Virus record (IMG/VR): IMGVR_UViG_3300044983_000280
Coordinates: 1-39,923 of that record
Length of the DNA: 39,923 nucleotides
From: a virus
Lineage: Duplodnaviria; Caudoviricetes
Reading direction: 5' to 3' (one strand)
The translations under genes were made by a program, and so were the position numbers. The notes beneath the pieces are model-generated. The model saw only the letters and a program-made list of their open reading frames with translations. It was not told the DNA's origin and did no database searches. Shown here piece after piece: positions 36,143 to 39,923 of the stretch (position 1 is the first letter of the stretch; every line of letters starts with the position of its first letter).

Positions 36143-36948
36143 ACTTCTTTCTCCAAAGCCCATGCGGGTAAACTGATTAACTGGAACTGTGTTTCGTATC
36201 CTGGCCACTGACCGGTCTGCATACATTCGTTGTATATCAACGTGGCATCCTGGTACTCGCGTCGACCTTGGTTTAAATACATCTCGTCTAGTGTATAACA
36301 AGCGGTCAGATATGGGGCACGTTTTTCGACCACGAAGTATGCGAACAGGCGTTCAACCCCATCGATTGATTTCAAACCATCGATTTGCATGGCAGCTTGT
36401 CGGTGATAGCCGTAGTTCATGATCGAACGGGGGAAGTTTTTGATCGATTCCGTCGTCTTGATGTCGATCACAATACGGTCATTGAAGAAGTCGGGACGAG
36501 ACCGCAATCGTGTCCCAAACAAGGGGCAGTCCCAGTAAATCGATTGTTCCGCTTTCCCGGCCCCAATTTTGGCCCACACGGGGTGATTCTTAATTGCCTG
36601 GGATATGTCCAAGATTTCTTGCATCTCGTCATGGCGGATAACCTGGCGCGTTCCAGCAGCGGTTTTCGCGTCGGCATATGCCTTGCGTCCAGCGGTCGTG
36701 CGCAAATCGACGGCATCTTGCATGAAATAAAAGGTTTGGTCGAATTTGTCGGGTTCCAATGCTGCCATGTGGACGGCTCTACCAATGGTATAAGCTTTGT
36801 TGTCCTTGGCCGGCACATCCTTATTTGTGTACTCGTGCTTGTATCTTGCGGGGCAGTCGAGGATTAACGACACCCCCGTCGAACTGATTCCTTCCTCTTG
36901 ATGGTATTCATCGATGTCGATGTCGGCATATATTCCCGGCTTTCTCAT
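36139..36948 (-). CDS. RecE / exonuclease VIII-like PD-(D/E)XK nuclease
   Basis: ISSTG, GRAVHMAALEP, RSRPD, IDIKTT, YGYHRQAA, VEKRAPY and WPGY. Confidence 0.92.
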   Translation of the reverse strand: MRKPGIYADIDIDEYHQEEGISSTGVSLILDCPARYKHEYTNKDVPAKDNKAYTIGRAVHMAALEPDKFDQTFYFMQDAVDLRTTAGRKAYADAKTAAGTRQVIRHDEMQEILDISQAIKNHPVWAKIGAGKAEQSIYWDCPLFGTRLRSRPDFFNDRIVIDIKTTESIKNFPRSIMNYGYHRQAAMQIDGLKSIDGVERLFAYFVVEKRAPYLTACYTLDEMYLNQGRREYQDATLIYNECMQTGQWPGYETQFQLISLPAWALEKEV

Positions 36949-37042
36949 TTTTCGTCTCCATGTTGCGTTCGTAAAGTTTTTGTTGTATTATTTCTCCATA
37001 TTACATGAATTTTATTTATTGTCAACAACTGGATTAAATCAA

Positions 37043-37216
37043 ATGGAAGAAAAAAAAGCAAAACACCACTATTACCCCACACAAATTTTATTGCCAAAAA
37101 GTATTCGGCAGGTTTTGGAGAATGAGGCGAATAAAAACGGGTTGACACCGGGAGTATTTATACGGATGCTGGTTATGCAGGATTTGCATAAGAAGAAGTT
37201 GATCAAAGATCAATAA
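37043..37216 (+). CDS. Small ribbon-helix-helix protein
   Basis: TQILLPKSIRQVLENEANKNGLTPGVFIRMLV. Divergent from recE. Confidence 0.65.
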   Translation: MEEKKAKHHYYPTQILLPKSIRQVLENEANKNGLTPGVFIRMLVMQDLHKKKLIKDQ

Positions 37217-37313
37217 AAAACCCGCGCACTTCATTGTGTGGAATAGGGGTAAATGCGCGGTAAAGTCTCTTTACGAACCCGCCAATAATACCACCACCAC
37301 ACGGAGAAGTCAC

Positions 37314-37613
37314 ATGGAAAGAGACGGAAACGAAGCAATGTTTTTATTAACCACCATCTGGGAAAGCCAGGTCACCAATTTGAATGCCTCTGAGGTGTCC
37401 GTATTGACCTGTATCGCCAAGAACGCCACGGCCCCCGGGGTCAGTATACCGGCATCACGAAATAAAATTGTCGACCAAACCAGGCTGGCCAAGACAACGG
37501 TCGACCGGTGTTTGAGTCAGATAATCAAAAGAGGGTATTTGGTGAGGGCTAAGCCGTCCGACCATATTAAGCCGTCTGAATATCTTATAAACGTGAAGAA
37601 ATTTATTATTTAA
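37314..37613 (+). CDS. Winged HTH protein (phage replication-type)
   Basis: ASRNKIVDQTRLAKTTVDRCLSQIIKRGYL. GGAG RBS. Confidence 0.75.
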   Translation: MERDGNEAMFLLTTIWESQVTNLNASEVSVLTCIAKNATAPGVSIPASRNKIVDQTRLAKTTVDRCLSQIIKRGYLVRAKPSDHIKPSEYLINVKKFII

Positions 37614-37614
37614 C

Positions 37615-37863
37615 ATGGGGACTAAAATGAGTAGAGAGAAAGATTTAGAAGGGTATGCCGGCGCAATAATTTTTATGGCATTGTCGGAAATTTTTTCCAA
37701 GAAGTCAGTTAGTGTTTTACAAGATAGTGAAAGTTTCACAGAGTTATCGAAAGTGGAAAAAGAGAAAGTACAGGATATTATCGTATCTGCATGCGCTGGG
37801 TTGGGGCTTAAATTTTCGAAGATAGCCGTGTCCATAAAGGACGATAAGTGCAAAGATATTTAA
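37615..37863 (+). CDS. Hypothetical protein
   Basis: ORF following the HTH gene. Start at 37615 or 37627. Confidence 0.6.
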   Translation: MGTKMSREKDLEGYAGAIIFMALSEIFSKKSVSVLQDSESFTELSKVEKEKVQDIIVSACAGLGLKFSKIAVSIKDDKCKDI

Positions 37864-38059
37864 TGTCGTTGATCATGCACGCTCCCGGGCGTAAAATGAC
37901 CTGAACGTCTAAAAGAAAATGGGCCACCAAAGCGACCCATAACCTGAATTTTGAACAATTGCAGGTTACAATTCTTTTGGACAAAAAGCAAGGGGGATAA
38001 CCGAACTTTTTGTCGGACTCCTTCCTTGGTGGAACGTTACCTAACCAATTAAGGAAGCC

Positions 38060-39160
38060 ATGATGGCCACAATCCCAACCAATTCAACCGATCTATTTAA
38101 GCTATTCGACCAATTAAATGCCCAATCCTATCACATAAATCCCCTTTATATTGACATGACCGGATCCCAAAATGCCGGTTTTCTTTTGACCCAACTGATC
38201 TTTTTATCGCGAGGTTTTAAACATGATCAATTTTATAGAACTGATCAACAGTTAAGAGATGCATATAGATTTGGTTCCAAAGAGCTTATCAATGCCCGAA
38301 AAACCCTTATGTCCCTAGGCGTTGTTGAGGCTGTTCGAAAGGGTAACCCCCCCAAATGGCACTACCGAATAGTGATCGAAAAGATCATCGAATTATCTCT
38401 AAAAATGCCCCTTTGTGGCCCTAAAACCCCCCCGGAACCCACGTCCCATATGGAACTCGCCGAAACGGCGACTTTAAACTCGCCGAAACGGCGACATTGT
38501 ACTCGCCGAAACGGCGACACTAATAATAAATTAAATAATGATCTAGATAATAAAAAAGAAAATAAAAAGAAAAAATCCGCTGCGCTGCGACCAAAGGTCG
38601 CGGTTTCTTTGGTTGAAGAGATTTTCGAATATTGGCAAAAGGCAACCAATCACCCCAAGGCCCGATTGGATGCAAACCGCACCCGGTCTATCGCGAAGGC
38701 ATTGGAGAGTTACACGGTCGAGGACGCCAAGAAAGCAATTGATGGATGTGCCGGCTGCCAATGGCACCGCGAGAACAAGCACGACGGGATTGGCTTGATC
38801 TTTCGAAACGCCGACAAGATTGAGTTTTTCATGGCCAAGGCAGATGCGCCCACCGGAACCAAAAGCGTGAGCCAAGAGGTGCAGGAATACATAAAAAATA
38901 CCCCCAAGACCCATAAAACCGCAGAGGAGACAAAGGCCGAGTTAATGAAATCAGTGCCACCCCAAACAGAAACGGTATCGCAAGAACGCGTGACAGGCAC
39001 CGTCAAAGACCTGAAAGAAGTTTTACGGAATGAAATTTTGAAATCAAACATGGAGAGATCGAATGTACGAAGTCACAGCGGGCGAGTTGTCCCAACGGTT
39101 GAACAACGAAATCGAGACAGTGGTCAGGAATTTATTACCCCAGGGCGTGCGCAAGCATAA
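38060..39160 (+). CDS. Replication initiator (lambda O-like)
   Basis: N-terminal wHTH, internal iterons with an AT tract, and the C-terminal EEIFEYW...AKKAIDGC...LIFRNADKIEFF domain. Confidence 0.85.
   Translation: MMATIPTNSTDLFKLFDQLNAQSYHINPLYIDMTGSQNAGFLLTQLIFLSRGFKHDQFYRTDQQLRDAYRFGSKELINARKTLMSLGVVEAVRKGNPPKWHYRIVIEKIIELSLKMPLCGPKTPPEPTSHMELAETATLNSPKRRHCTRRNGDTNNKLNNDLDNKKENKKKKSAALRPKVAVSLVEEIFEYWQKATNHPKARLDANRTRSIAKALESYTVEDAKKAIDGCAGCQWHRENKHDGIGLIFRNADKIEFFMAKADAPTGTKSVSQEVQEYIKNTPKTHKTAEETKAELMKSVPPQTETVSQERVTGTVKDLKEVLRNEILKSNMERSNVRSHSGRVVPTVEQRNRDSGQEFITPGRAQA
38455..38575. promoter_or_regulatory. Replication origin: three 18-bp iterons plus an AT-rich tract
   Basis: ACTCGCCGAAACGGCGAC at 38455, 38478 and 38501, followed by the A-rich stretch 38521-38575. 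Confidence 0.85.
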
Positions 39161-39923
39161 TGATTGGTGGGTTGGGTCAGTTCGCGGTGAGGCAGGGGAG
39201 TCGTTACGCGTATGTCTCGATGGCTCCAAAAGGGGGATATGGGGAGACTTTGCGACTGGGGATGGCGGAGACCTAATTGATCTATGGGCCTCTGTGCGCT
39301 CTGTAACGCTCCGTGAGGCGATAAAGGAGGTTCGGGAGTACTTGGGTATATGCTCGACCAAAATCGAACGTCCTGATCGATCTGAGTGGGTCAGGCCGGC
39401 ACTGAATGATGGCATCACGTACAGCGATGCGGATTACCTCTCCAAAGAAAGGGGGATTGCTTACTCAATATTGGCCCAGTATCGGGTTAGTTGTGCCGGT
39501 AATGAGATCGTGTTCCCGTATTTCCGCGATGGCGAATTGATCTTGATCAAATACCTGTCGCTGACCCGGGACGAACGGGGTAAAAAGAAAATGCGCGTCT
39601 CCCCTGGTGCCGAACCGATCCTTTTTGGGTGGCAAGCAACTGATCCGAATACACGCCGTCTTGCCATAACCGAGGGTGAAATCGATGCGCTGACCTTACA
39701 CCAATATGACCTTGGGATGGTATGTCTTTCCGTTCCTTTTGGGGGTGGGGCCAAAAAACAAGACGGATGGATCGAACAAGAATTCGAACGGCTGGCAATC
39801 TTTGACGAAATCTATGTTTGCATGGACGATGACGAGGAAGGCCGGGCAGCAGCAGCCGTGATCATCGAGCGATTGGGCAAACACCGATGTCGAAACGTCA
39901 AATTGCCATACAAGGACGCCAAT
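39063..39923 (+). CDS. Primase-helicase, N-terminal part (continues across the junction; not in the ORF track)
   Basis: MYEVTAGELSQRL...GESLRVCL...WGDFATGDGGDLIDLW, YLSKERGI, ITEGEIDAL and SVPFGGG. Open to the end of the window. Confidence 0.92.
   Translation, partial: MYEVTAGELSQRLNNEIETVVRNLLPQGVRKHNDWWVGSVRGEAGESLRVCLDGSKRGIWGDFATGDGGDLIDLWASVRSVTLREAIKEVREYLGICSTKIERPDRSEWVRPALNDGITYSDADYLSKERGIAYSILAQYRVSCAGNEIVFPYFRDGELILIKYLSLTRDERGKKKMRVSPGAEPILFGWQATDPNTRRLAITEGEIDALTLHQYDLGMVCLSVPFGGGAKKQDGWIEQEFERLAIFDEIYVCMDDDEEGRAAAAVIIERLGKHRCRNVKLPYKDAN
39797..39923. repeat. Direct terminal repeat, right copy
   Basis: Identical to 1-127. Confidence 0.97.

Noticed and set aside
36143-36301. 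N-terminal extension of Bet in the ORF track
   Set aside because: It overlaps recE. The ATGA-coupled start at 36142 with a GGAG RBS is more plausible.
38455-38518. Mini-CRISPR
   Set aside because: The spacers are only 5 bp. The position inside an initiator next to an AT tract fits iterons.

Overview
The window is an apparently complete, circularly permuted 39,796-bp podovirus-type genome. Bases 1-127 are repeated exactly at 39797-39923, most likely an assembly overlap. The virion module is P22-like: TerS, TerL, portal, scaffold, coat, head-tail adaptor, gp10-like hub, ejection proteins and tail fibres. Replication and recombination genes include a lambdoid O-like initiator with internal iterons, a Toprim/SF4 primase-helicase that wraps the junction, RecE/Bet, RusA and SSB, and there is a lysozyme-fold endolysin. 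I found no integrase, CI repressor or ParA. SSB and RtcB look gammaproteobacterial. A Legionellales-like host is a weak inference from effector-like ORFs. Most notable observations: (1) a GGA-hairpin-rich, CsrB/RsmY-like leader before the scaffold-capsid genes, with CsrA-consensus hairpins over several other ribosome-binding sites; (2) five back-to-back hairpins of unrelated sequence, all with ATTTT in the loop; (3) a 6-kb inverted cassette of about 20 small genes splitting terS from terL, carrying rtcB, an aberrant tRNA(CAU), four DUF1737-like paralogs, 11-6-11 dif-like palindromes and shared gene-start repeats; (4) a TGTAATGACA operator in four promoters; (5) a standalone 22-aa hydrophobic peptide gene at the position occupied by sieA in P22. 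Protein family calls come from motif recognition by eye, not database searches.
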